Of a stretch of 64,000 nt of DNA, positions 55,471 to 64,000 are shown piece by piece. The position numbers and the translations under genes were made by a program. Numbering within the stretch: position 1 is the first letter of the stretch; the number at the start of each line of letters is the position of its first letter. This DNA is from Alphaproteobacteria bacterium (GTDB lineage Bacteria > Pseudomonadota > Alphaproteobacteria > CAAHEQ01 > UBA3637), in the NCBI GenBank assembly GCA_045614025.1, contig JAZLCE010000027.1, positions 63,033-127,032 on the forward strand. The letters run 5' to 3'. The notes under the pieces are model-generated. The model saw only the letters and a program-made list of their open reading frames with translations. It was not told where the DNA came from and searched no databases.

Positions 55471-56172
55471 TTAATCAACAGATAACCAAGCCCATGCTCC
55501 CAAAATGGCAATAGATGCTGTTTCAGCCCTTAAAATGGTATCCCCCAAATGAAGGGGCACAACATTTTTTTGACATAAAATAAAATCAACTTCATCTGGT
55601 GTAAAACCACCTTCAGGACCAATAATAAATGCTGGATTTTTCACTTCAAATAACGTTTTTGATCCTGTTTTACCGCGCTCGGTTAAAAAAACAGGCGTGA
55701 CCTCTTTTGAAAATTTTAAAAACAAATCTTTTAAAAGAATCGGTTCAAAAATTTCAGGCACATCCAACCTTTCTGATTGTTCAGCCGCCTCTTGTATAAT
55801 TAAATGAGCTCTTTCAATATTAAATCCACGCACAACAGTTCGATTTGTTATAACAGGATAAATTTTGGTGACCCCCAATTCCGTTGCCTTTTCTAACACA
55901 AGGTCCATATTTTCTTTTTTAATCACAGAGGGGCATAAAATAAGCTCTGCGCGCTTTGAAAATTCTTTTGTTTTTTCTAATACTTGCAATAAACAATTTT
56001 TTTTCTTTACATTGCTTACTTTTGCTTTAAATTCGCCATCAACCGAATTAAAAAGCAAAATTTCAGAACCTTCTTTTTGGCGCATCACATGAACTAAATA
56101 ATGCGCTTGTTTTTCATCCAAAGAAAGTTCCTGCCCTGTGGATAACTTTTCTTTTACAAATAATCTAATCAT
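55471..56172 (-). CDS. rsmE: 16S rRNA (uracil1498-N3)-methyltransferase RsmE
   Basis: 233 aa. N-terminal PUA-like region and a C-terminal SPOUT domain. Start overlaps the stop of the upstream gene (ATGA). Confidence 0.75.
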   Translation of the reverse strand: MIRLFVKEKLSTGQELSLDEKQAHYLVHVMRQKEGSEILLFNSVDGEFKAKVSNVKKKNCLLQVLEKTKEFSKRAELILCPSVIKKENMDLVLEKATELGVTKIYPVITNRTVVRGFNIERAHLIIQEAAEQSERLDVPEIFEPILLKDLFLKFSKEVTPVFLTERGKTGSKTLFEVKNPAFIIGPEGGFTPDEVDFILCQKNVVPLHLGDTILRAETASIAILGAWAWLSVD

Positions 56173-58169
56173 CTTTTTTTCCTGTGTGATGAAAGTGGCA
56201 ATCCTTCAACCCAAACAAGGGTCACATCATCTTGCGGAGGTGGGGGTATCATTTTGAAAAAGAGTTGCATTAATTCAGAAACAGCTTCCCTGCTATCCTT
56301 ATAGTCAAAAACTGTTTGTAACAAACTTAAAAAGCCATCTGTTCCCAAACGCAAACCATCAGAAGACATTTCCTCAGTGAGCGCATCACTATATAAAATT
56401 AACTTATCGCCAGCACAAAAATCAATTTTATAATCATCATATTTTGCATCAGGACTAATTCCCAATGGAAGCCCTTGTGTTGAAAGCAATAAAACGCCAT
56501 TTCTTGTTTTTAAAAATGGCGCAGGTGACCCTGCTCCTGCATAAGAAAGTGTTTGGGCATTTGTATCAAAAATGCAAAAGAAAAACGTTGCATACTGCCC
56601 ACGTGGTAACAACTGACACAACTGCAAATTTAAAAGACGCAAGAAATCTGATGGATTTTTAACTTCTTTTTTCAATTGATGAACCAATGTATGCAGCCTA
56701 AAGGTATTTAACGCCGCTGAAAGCCCATGCCCTGAAAAATCGCATAAAAACAATCCAAATTTCTTTTCAGAAAGCTCTATAACCTGCCAAAAATCGCCAC
56801 CTAATCTATCTGATGGTGAAAAATAAGAAGCAATATCAATATGACATTTTTCCCGAATATTTTCAAGAGTATCAACCGTTGGCAAAAGCGATTGTTGCAT
56901 TTCTTGAGAAATCTTCATTTCCTCATTCAGCTGATCTAATTGATCTGATAAATATTCAACCAATTTTTTATTTTCTAAATGAACACGAACCCTTGTGAAA
57001 AACTCCAAGGGATTAATTGGCTTTGTGATAAAATCAGAAGCACCTGCTTTAAATGTTCGATCCCTTGCTTCCCGCGTGTCACTTGATGTTTGAATTAAAA
57101 TTGGAATATTTTTAACTTCAGGAATTTTTTTAAGCTCCAATAAAACATCATATCCATCCATTTTTTCCATTACAATATCAAGAATAATTAAATCTGGATG
57201 AAATAAAATAGCTTTTTCTATTCCTTCTTCGCCGGAAGAAGCGACCTCAATTTTATGGATTCCCATTTGGGTTAAAAGGCCAGCTAAAAGTGCCTGATTA
57301 CTTTTATTATCTTCAATAATTAATACTCTTCCTTTTGAAATATCTGTTTGCATAACAAATTCTGGAATAGAAGATAAATTTTGAATAGAGGTATTTTCTT
57401 TATTCTCCTTCAAAAAAGAAAGAGTAATTTCTTTACCATAATTATCAATCGTGCATGAATCAACAGCATGCGCAATAATTTGAAGACCACGACCACTTTT
57501 AGAAGAAACATCCCCTGAATTTCTTTTTAAAATTTGCTCTAAAGAATAACCCACACCCTCATCTTTAATTTTAATTTCTAATCGCATTTTATTCCATACA
57601 GAGCAAATTGATATGGCTTTTTGGGCATATGCAGGCGTATTTAACCTTCTTGCAACCAAATCTAAATAAGAAACAAATCCAACAACATCTTGACGCATTG
57701 AACTTGATAATTGCAAATTTCCATGAAAAAGACCATTCACTAAAGCTTCATGAACAGCCAAGTGAATCGCTTGTTTTCGTTCATCTGAAAATTTTCTTCG
57801 TTGTTGCAAAGCTGTTGTGAAAACTTGCGCAACATCATACCTATAAACCATTGGCCCTGTTAAAAGCAAACTTAAAGAAAAAGGATGCTTTCTTTCTTTT
57901 TGTTGCTCAACAAAATCAACGATACTTTTTTTCGTTGCATTTGCATCAATAATGCAAGCAATCGGCAATTTTAAAATTTCTCGCCCATGTTCTTCAGAAA
58001 CATCTGGCGTTACAACAACATATAAAATCGGATGGTCTTTTTTAAGTGGGGTTACTAAAAACGGCTCTTCTTCACTTGGCCAAAGTGGCAACTTAACCCA
58101 AGATGAAATTTTTTTCATCTTTTCAAGACTAACGCCAACCCCTGTTAAACATATTTGTGTCTCACTCAT
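56169..58169 (-). CDS. Fused signalling protein: RsbW/SpoIIAB-like GHKL serine kinase domain, then a response-regulator receiver, then a PP2C/SpoIIE phosphatase
   Basis: GHKL N-box HEALVNGLFHG, G1 DEGVGY and G2 GRGLQI. Receiver VLIIEDN...DLIILDIVM...K. PP2C region GGDFWQV...LCDFSGHG. Confidence 0.7.
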   Translation of the reverse strand: MSETQICLTGVGVSLEKMKKISSWVKLPLWPSEEEPFLVTPLKKDHPILYVVVTPDVSEEHGREILKLPIACIIDANATKKSIVDFVEQQKERKHPFSLSLLLTGPMVYRYDVAQVFTTALQQRRKFSDERKQAIHLAVHEALVNGLFHGNLQLSSSMRQDVVGFVSYLDLVARRLNTPAYAQKAISICSVWNKMRLEIKIKDEGVGYSLEQILKRNSGDVSSKSGRGLQIIAHAVDSCTIDNYGKEITLSFLKENKENTSIQNLSSIPEFVMQTDISKGRVLIIEDNKSNQALLAGLLTQMGIHKIEVASSGEEGIEKAILFHPDLIILDIVMEKMDGYDVLLELKKIPEVKNIPILIQTSSDTREARDRTFKAGASDFITKPINPLEFFTRVRVHLENKKLVEYLSDQLDQLNEEMKISQEMQQSLLPTVDTLENIREKCHIDIASYFSPSDRLGGDFWQVIELSEKKFGLFLCDFSGHGLSAALNTFRLHTLVHQLKKEVKNPSDFLRLLNLQLCQLLPRGQYATFFFCIFDTNAQTLSYAGAGSPAPFLKTRNGVLLLSTQGLPLGISPDAKYDDYKIDFCAGDKLILYSDALTEEMSSDGLRLGTDGFLSLLQTVFDYKDSREAVSELMQLFFKMIPPPPQDDVTLVWVEGLPLSSHRKKR

Positions 58170-58318
58170 AGTATCGAGTATAATAAAACAATTAAAAAAA
58201 ACAAGTTTTTTTATTGTTATATGAAAAAAACTTTGCTCTTTATTTCTCTTTTTGTTATATTATCCCTATTAAATTAACTCTTGTTCCAAAAAAAACAAGA
58301 TAACTGAAAGGATAAAAA

Positions 58319-59875
58319 ATGAAAAAAGTTAATCCCGTTATGATTTCCGGCAAAGAGGTTATTCCTTTAATTGAAGGCGGAAAAGGTATTGCTGTTTCTG
58401 ATGGACAATCATCAGGCGCTTGGGCAAAAGCTGGTGCTGTCGGAACAATTTCTGGGGTTTTTGCTGACGAATATGATGAAAATGGAAAAATCATTCCAAA
58501 AGTTTATCAACATAAAACCAGACCTGAAAGACATAAAGAACTTATTGAAATGTCAATCAGAGGGGGGATTTCTCAAGCGAAATTAGCTCATGAAATTTCA
58601 GAAGGTAATGGCAGAATTCATATGAATGTTCTTTGGGAAATGGGTGGAAGTATCCCTATTTTGGAAGGCGTGATGAACTCTTGCGAACAAGTTGTTCGTA
58701 ACTTAAGAGAAAAAGCCCCTGAAAAATATCAAGAAAAAATCACTGCTGTTGGTGAAAAAGTTCAAGAAACTTTAGGCTCTCTTCGTTTTCAATATCAAAA
58801 ACGCATGAATGATGCTGTTCCTGTTGTTGATGGAATGTTAGATAAAGTTCACAATCTTGTTCATGGGATTACTTGTGGCGCAGGGATGCCTTATAAATTA
58901 GCAGAAATCGCTTCAAAATATGGTTTATTTTATTATCCAATTGTTTCATCAGCCAGAGCTTTCCGTGCTTTATGGTTAAGAAGTTATAAAAACTGCATGG
59001 AATATTTGGGCGGGGTTGTTTATGAAGATCCATGGCGTGCTGGTGGTCACAATGGTTTATCAAACTCTGAAAATCCAGAAATGCCTGAAAGCCCATATCA
59101 ACGCCTTGTTGAATTAAGAAAACAATTAAATGAATATGGATTACAACATGTTCCATTAATTATGGCTGGTGGTGTTTGGAATTTAAAAGAATTTGAAGAT
59201 TTAATTGATAATCCAGAAATTGGCCCTATTGCTTTCCAACTTGGAACAAGACCATTGCTCACAAAAGAAAGCCCTGTTGCAAAAGCTTGGCAAGGTTGTT
59301 TAAGATCTTTGAAAAAAGGTGATATTATCTTGCAAAGATTTTCACCAACAGGTTTCTATTCTTCTGCTGTGAATAATAAATTTTTAAAAACATTAATGGA
59401 AAGAAAAGATACCGAAATGCCATATACTGAAAAAGCTGAAGGCATTTTCGTTAAACCTTTTGCATTAAATGCCGCTTTAACTGTTTATTTAACAGAACAT
59501 GATTTTAAAAGAGCAAATGAATTTTTAAGCAGCACCAGACCTGTTGTTGCAAGAACACCAGATAAATCCATTATCTTCTTAACAAATGAAGAAAATGAAC
59601 AAATTAAACAAGACAGAGCTAATTGTGTTGGTTGTTTATCTGCTTGTGCATTCTCTGGTTGGTCTCAAGCAGATGGCCACTTAGACAGATTGCCCGATTC
59701 ACGCTCATTTTGCATCAATAAAACTTTAACAGCTATTGCTCATGGTGAAAGTATTGATAATAACTTAATGTTCTGTGGTCACAGCGGCTATCGCTTTGGC
59801 GAAGATCCAATGTATAAAAATGGAAATATCCCAAGCGTTCAAGAATTAATTGATGCTTTATTACAAGGAAAATAA
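58319..59875 (+). CDS. Putative TIM-barrel flavin oxidoreductase (nitronate monooxygenase/FabK-like), enlarged
   Basis: 518 aa. N-terminal IEGGKGIAVS and AGGHNG-like motifs resemble the NMO family. A C-terminal Cys cluster CVGCLSAC follows. Assignment is weak. Confidence 0.35.
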   Translation: MKKVNPVMISGKEVIPLIEGGKGIAVSDGQSSGAWAKAGAVGTISGVFADEYDENGKIIPKVYQHKTRPERHKELIEMSIRGGISQAKLAHEISEGNGRIHMNVLWEMGGSIPILEGVMNSCEQVVRNLREKAPEKYQEKITAVGEKVQETLGSLRFQYQKRMNDAVPVVDGMLDKVHNLVHGITCGAGMPYKLAEIASKYGLFYYPIVSSARAFRALWLRSYKNCMEYLGGVVYEDPWRAGGHNGLSNSENPEMPESPYQRLVELRKQLNEYGLQHVPLIMAGGVWNLKEFEDLIDNPEIGPIAFQLGTRPLLTKESPVAKAWQGCLRSLKKGDIILQRFSPTGFYSSAVNNKFLKTLMERKDTEMPYTEKAEGIFVKPFALNAALTVYLTEHDFKRANEFLSSTRPVVARTPDKSIIFLTNEENEQIKQDRANCVGCLSACAFSGWSQADGHLDRLPDSRSFCINKTLTAIAHGESIDNNLMFCGHSGYRFGEDPMYKNGNIPSVQELIDALLQGK

Positions 59876-59892
59876 TTCTGTTAGAAAAAAAT

Positions 59893-59925
59893 AAAAAAGC
59901 GCTTTAAAAGCGCTTTTTTTTATTC
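59893..59925. terminator. Bidirectional terminator between convergent genes
   Basis: Stem AAGCGCTTT/AAAGCGCTT flanked by an A-run and a T-run. It abuts the stop of the minus-strand GT11 gene. Confidence 0.6.
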
Positions 59926-61323
59926 GGTAATAAATTGATTCTTTTTTTTGCTCCAATAATGCTTTTCAACTTCAATTACAACAAAATTTGGAGCAAGCAA
60001 ATTTTTAATCCAATCGGTGTCCCAACTCGTATGTTTATCTGGAGTAATTATAATTTTATTTTTATTTCTGCTTAAAAAAGATCCCCACCAAGAAAAGCTT
60101 GAGTTTGCATTGATAAAATGTTTACAATTGCTCATCAGTTGCAAATCTTCATAATCTTTACGTGTCCAGTCAACATAAACATGTGGTGCATCAATTTTTA
60201 TATTTTCTTTTGACCATTTCAAATCATTTGAAAAAATATAAAATACTGGATTTTTTACATTTCTTTTAATATATTCAATAGCTTGAGAATAATAATTTTG
60301 TGTCAACAAAATATATTCAAAATAAATATAGTCACCTCTTCTAACATGAAGGGCCACACTATTTTCTGACTTCATTTTATTCATGATTTCTTTATTTTTA
60401 TCACTTACTTCATTTTTAAAAACAACATTTTCGCGAATATAATCTTCGTATCCAGCAAAGTTCTTCCATGATTGCAAATACCACCCTGTTTCATAGCATG
60501 ATGCATTAGTTGGAAATTCATGATTAAAATAACATTTAGTCAAATTTAAATAGCGCTTAACAAATTCTGGAGCTCTTTTATATTTCAATAATGAGTTATC
60601 TGTTGTTGCCTTTATCGGTGTATCTAAAAAGTTATCAAAATAAGACCATTCTACCCTATAAAGCGTTTTATGATTTCTTTTCGCATAAACCAATCCACTT
60701 AAATATGAAAAAAGCTGGTTACCTAATCCACCAATATTTGGCGAACTTAAAACATAATCATTAATATTCTTAAAACCTTCTTTTTCTAAATAAGGATCTA
60801 AATTATATTTTTCATTTGTTTTCACATACTCAAATTCTTTATTTTTTTTAAAAACTTCTACGCCATGATTTAACCAACCCAAAACAACTTTTTGATTATT
60901 ATCTTCAAGCAAAACCGCACAATCATTTCTGGATTTGCATAACAATTTGGAATCATTAGATTGATACATGATAGCATTCCAATGTGGATGTTTGAAATAT
61001 GACATATCCGCATCTGGTGTTTTGCATTTTATATCTAAAAATCTATTTAATCTTGAAACATCAAAAACTTTTTTTGTTGCATTTTGATCTATTATCTCGT
61101 TTTTAAATAAACATAAATGGGATTGATCAATTTCTTTTATTTTAGATTCCGAAAAAATCTTTTTCAAAAAAACATTTCGCCGTTCTTGATCATTAAAAAT
61201 TGTTTTTTCAAATCCCCAATAAAAATGCTCAGGGAACTGTTCTTCTAAAGAGATGGATTGCTCCTTAACTCCTTTAGAAAAAAACATACACACTATGCTT
61301 AAGAAAATAATAATTATTTTCAA
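59920..61323 (-). CDS. GT11-family alpha-1,2-fucosyltransferase homologue with a ~190-aa N-terminal extension
   Basis: GT11 motifs HVRRGDY, GGLGNQLFSY, SNDLKWSKEN in the C-terminal 280 aa. N-terminal signal peptide or anchor MKIIIIFLSIVCMFFS. Confidence 0.75.
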   Translation of the reverse strand: MKIIIIFLSIVCMFFSKGVKEQSISLEEQFPEHFYWGFEKTIFNDQERRNVFLKKIFSESKIKEIDQSHLCLFKNEIIDQNATKKVFDVSRLNRFLDIKCKTPDADMSYFKHPHWNAIMYQSNDSKLLCKSRNDCAVLLEDNNQKVVLGWLNHGVEVFKKNKEFEYVKTNEKYNLDPYLEKEGFKNINDYVLSSPNIGGLGNQLFSYLSGLVYAKRNHKTLYRVEWSYFDNFLDTPIKATTDNSLLKYKRAPEFVKRYLNLTKCYFNHEFPTNASCYETGWYLQSWKNFAGYEDYIRENVVFKNEVSDKNKEIMNKMKSENSVALHVRRGDYIYFEYILLTQNYYSQAIEYIKRNVKNPVFYIFSNDLKWSKENIKIDAPHVYVDWTRKDYEDLQLMSNCKHFINANSSFSWWGSFLSRNKNKIIITPDKHTSWDTDWIKNLLAPNFVVIEVEKHYWSKKKNQFITE

Positions 61324-61473
61324 AATAACCCCTCTTTCATTATTAATATAACTACAAAAAATACTTTTTCATGTCAACTTAAAAAGGGAATTTTTTTACA
61401 AGAACTTTTTATTTGCAATTTATTTTTCTTTTAGTTAGAATGAAATAAACCACTTTTAGGGAAGGGATTTACC

Positions 61474-62772
61474 ATGCATATTCGCTCGTTTATGTTTTTA
61501 TCCACTATCGCTTTTTTATATACAGGTCTGATAGCTCAAGCAACAACTTTACCCTCTGTTGTTTGTCAAAATAAAAAATGTTACCCAGCAGAAGCCTCTT
61601 TAACAAGAAAGAGTTTGTTTGATCGTGTTCAAAATTTAATCAATGAAAACGTTAATAAAGATATTTTAATTTGCGAAGCAGATTCCTATTCAAAAATGTG
61701 TTTAACAAAAGGATTTTCCCTTCCATTACATTCATCTTCTGTTTCAACAAAAATAAATTTTCTTTCAGCCAAAATTATCAGTAATGAAAGTATTGAAAAT
61801 TCCACTGGAACTGATTTAATTATCGATTATAAAACAAAATCAGACAATATTTTTCCTAATTGTCAAACTGCACCCAGCCGTTTAGGAATTTTAGATAAAA
61901 ACAGCATTCAAATGGTGACTCCAGACTTTACCTGCAGTTTCGGAAACTTAAACCAATCCACTATCAGTCTTACTTATCATATTGACTATATCAATTTTGA
62001 TAATGGAACTATTGGTGCCCATTATAGTATTGCAGCAGGGCAAAGATTAAAAGGGCAATCTTATGGATATGTGTTATTTAGATTTGCTCAACCAAGCTCT
62101 ATCAATTCAAACGAACCATTCCCTATGCAAGATGTTTTGCAAAACTATCAAATAGAGCATCAAAACGCTCAAATGCAAATGCCTCCTGTTTGGATGAAAC
62201 CAACACCTGTTCTCAATATTGAAACACCACAAGTAATAACAAAAGCAGATGGATCCTTAGTTGTTCAAAACCAACAACCGCAAAACACACCATCAACACA
62301 AGGTGTTCCCTCAACAACTGGATTAATTACACAAGAAAAAAATATTTTACCTCCAACACAAGGCTTAAGAAAAACTGTTACAATAAAAAAACAGATATTC
62401 CAAGAAGGCAAACCCGTTGTTTATGAGGAAGATGTTCGCCACTATGTTCAAGAAAATGAAAATGCACCATTAATTGAGGAAAAACAAAACGCTCAACAAG
62501 TTGAAGAAAAACAGCCTGATATTCCTCAAATGCCAACCCCGGTTAATCATTTACCACAAAATCAAATAAACCCTCAAATTCCAAGTTATATTTTTCCACA
62601 TGAGGTGATATTATCTCCAGAAGAAATGGAACAAATTCAAAAAGAATTACCCCCAGAAACACCTGTTCAATCTCATCAGATAAACCCTCAAAATATCATG
62701 CCGATTGAAACAGATGAACCATCTGGTTTAAATAAACTTTGGAATAAAATTGAAAAATTACTTTACTTTTAA
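61474..62772 (+). CDS. Secreted protein with a Pro/Gln-rich low-complexity C-terminal half. Unknown.
   Basis: Signal peptide MHIRSFMFLSTIAFLYTGLIAQA. The N-terminal half is Cys-containing and globular. The C-terminal half has PQ/NPQ repeats. Confidence 0.6.
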   Translation: MHIRSFMFLSTIAFLYTGLIAQATTLPSVVCQNKKCYPAEASLTRKSLFDRVQNLINENVNKDILICEADSYSKMCLTKGFSLPLHSSSVSTKINFLSAKIISNESIENSTGTDLIIDYKTKSDNIFPNCQTAPSRLGILDKNSIQMVTPDFTCSFGNLNQSTISLTYHIDYINFDNGTIGAHYSIAAGQRLKGQSYGYVLFRFAQPSSINSNEPFPMQDVLQNYQIEHQNAQMQMPPVWMKPTPVLNIETPQVITKADGSLVVQNQQPQNTPSTQGVPSTTGLITQEKNILPPTQGLRKTVTIKKQIFQEGKPVVYEEDVRHYVQENENAPLIEEKQNAQQVEEKQPDIPQMPTPVNHLPQNQINPQIPSYIFPHEVILSPEEMEQIQKELPPETPVQSHQINPQNIMPIETDEPSGLNKLWNKIEKLLYF

Positions 62773-62782
62773 TGGATAAAAA

Positions 62783-64000
62783 ATGTTACAAACAGCTACC
62801 CTAAAAAACCAAATTAGAGTTATCACAGATTCAAATTCAAATGCCGAAAGTGTTTCTTTAGGTGTTTGGGTTAATGTTGGTGCCCGTTTTGAAACAGAAG
62901 AAATAAACGGCATTTCTCATATGTTAGAACACATGGCTTTTAAAGGAACAAAATCTCGTTCTGCTTTCCAAATTTCAAAAGAAATTGAAGATGTGGGAGG
63001 TTTTATTAATGCGTACACAGGGAAAAATATGACGGCATATTACGTGCGCGTTTTAAAAGAACACCAAGAAAAAGGCCTTGATATTATTGCTGATATTTTG
63101 CAAAATTCTGTAATGGATAAAGAAGAACTTCAAAAAGAAAAAGGCGTTATTATCCAAGAAATAAATATGCAAAATGATACACCTGATGACTTAGTATTTG
63201 ATTATTTCAATGAAGTTGCTTATCCAAATCAACCATTAGGTAGAGCTATTTTGGGAACTGTTGAAACAGTTAAACGTATTTCCAGTGAAGAATTATTAAA
63301 TTATATGCACACGGAATATACAACTCCTAGAATTATTATCAGTGCATCTGGCGCTGTTAATCATGACGAATTTATTCAACAATGCGAAGAAAAATTTACT
63401 GCATTTAATCAAAATCAAAGACCAAACGCACAAAAAGCCCTTTATAAAGGCGGAGAAAAACGCGTTTTAAAACCAAACGAACAAGTGAACCTTGTTGTTG
63501 GATTTGAAGGTGTTTCTTATACGGATGAAAATTATTATGGACATAAGATCCTTTCCAGCGTTTTAGGTGGTGGAATGTCTTCAAGATTATTTCAAGAAAT
63601 TAGGGAAGAACGCGGTTTAGTATATTCCATCTATGCTTTTTCATCTTCAGAAACAGATACTGGTATTTTTGGCGTTTATGCAGGGACAGGAGAAAAAGAA
63701 GTCGAAGAATTAATCCCTGTCTTATGTGATGAATTAACAAGATTACCACACACATTAACAGATGAAGAAATTGAAAGAGCAAAAGCAAGATTAAAAGCCG
63801 GCCTTCTTATGAGACATGAAAATATTTCTTCGCATGCAGAAATGAATGCCATTGATACGATTTTATATGGAAAAGTTATTTCTAAAGAAGAGGTTATTAA
63901 AAAAATTGAAGATGTTTCTAAAGAAAATCTTGAACGAATCGCTAAAGAAATAATTCAAAAACCATTAACTCTTTCAGCCTTAGGACCTATTGGCAAAATT
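62783..64000 (+). CDS. M16-family zinc metallopeptidase (pitrilysin / processing-peptidase-like), 3'-truncated by the window end
   Basis: HxxEH zinc motif (ISHMLEHMAFKGT) near the N-terminus. Open in frame to position 64000. Confidence 0.8.
   Translation, partial: MLQTATLKNQIRVITDSNSNAESVSLGVWVNVGARFETEEINGISHMLEHMAFKGTKSRSAFQISKEIEDVGGFINAYTGKNMTAYYVRVLKEHQEKGLDIIADILQNSVMDKEELQKEKGVIIQEINMQNDTPDDLVFDYFNEVAYPNQPLGRAILGTVETVKRISSEELLNYMHTEYTTPRIIISASGAVNHDEFIQQCEEKFTAFNQNQRPNAQKALYKGGEKRVLKPNEQVNLVVGFEGVSYTDENYYGHKILSSVLGGGMSSRLFQEIREERGLVYSIYAFSSSETDTGIFGVYAGTGEKEVEELIPVLCDELTRLPHTLTDEEIERAKARLKAGLLMRHENISSHAEMNAIDTILYGKVISKEEVIKKIEDVSKENLERIAKEIIQKPLTLSALGPIGKI

Overview
This window is a low-GC (approximately 30-35% by eye) chromosomal segment from what looks like an alphaproteobacterial obligate intracellular or endosymbiont genome. 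That guess rests on gene content and order: ihfA-merR, rpmF-plsX-fabH, an ELM1/DUF1022 gene, and rimP-nusA-ylxR/L7Ae-infB-rbfA-truB-rpsO-pnp. Most of the window is densely packed housekeeping genes: pckG (GTP type), bamD, recN, ligA, rpmF-plsX-fabH, ihfA, ruvC, yebC, zapA, recR, ybaB, lepA, groES/groEL, pnp, the nusA/infB operon, tuf preceded by tRNA-Tyr and tRNA-Gly, serS and rsmE. No transposases, IS elements, CRISPR arrays or rRNA were seen. Accessory-looking content falls in four places. (1) 14.0-20.1 kb is an envelope-modification cluster: a lipoprotein hydrolase, an ELM1-like protein, a GT2, an APH-like kinase and an EptA-like phosphoethanolamine transferase. (2) 26.6-29.1 kb is a LemA-DUF2207 pair with a poly-Gly tail. 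(3) 42.6-43.9 kb is an orphan PilT/VirB11-class secretion ATPase with a proline-rich N-terminus. (4) 49.7-55.4 kb is the most striking locus. It is a three-gene minus-strand operon encoding two large secreted proteins built almost entirely from spaced vicinal Cys-Cys doublets. One has about 22 CC pairs in roughly 490 aa. The other has 14 or more CC pairs in about 940 aa and an N-terminus reminiscent of a type IV pilin. Between them sits a secreted protein with a eukaryote-like Arg/Ser-rich C-terminal tail, and a G8 homopolymer lies in the ribosome-binding spacer of the last gene. I could not match this module to any family I recognise. Also notable are a fused RsbW-like kinase/receiver/PP2C regulator, a GT11 alpha-1,2-fucosyltransferase homologue with an N-terminal extension, a GC-rich palindrome in the groESL promoter in place of CIRCE, and an orphan promoter-terminator pair (candidate sRNA) upstream of lepA. 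All functional calls are from motif recognition by eye; no database searches were run.
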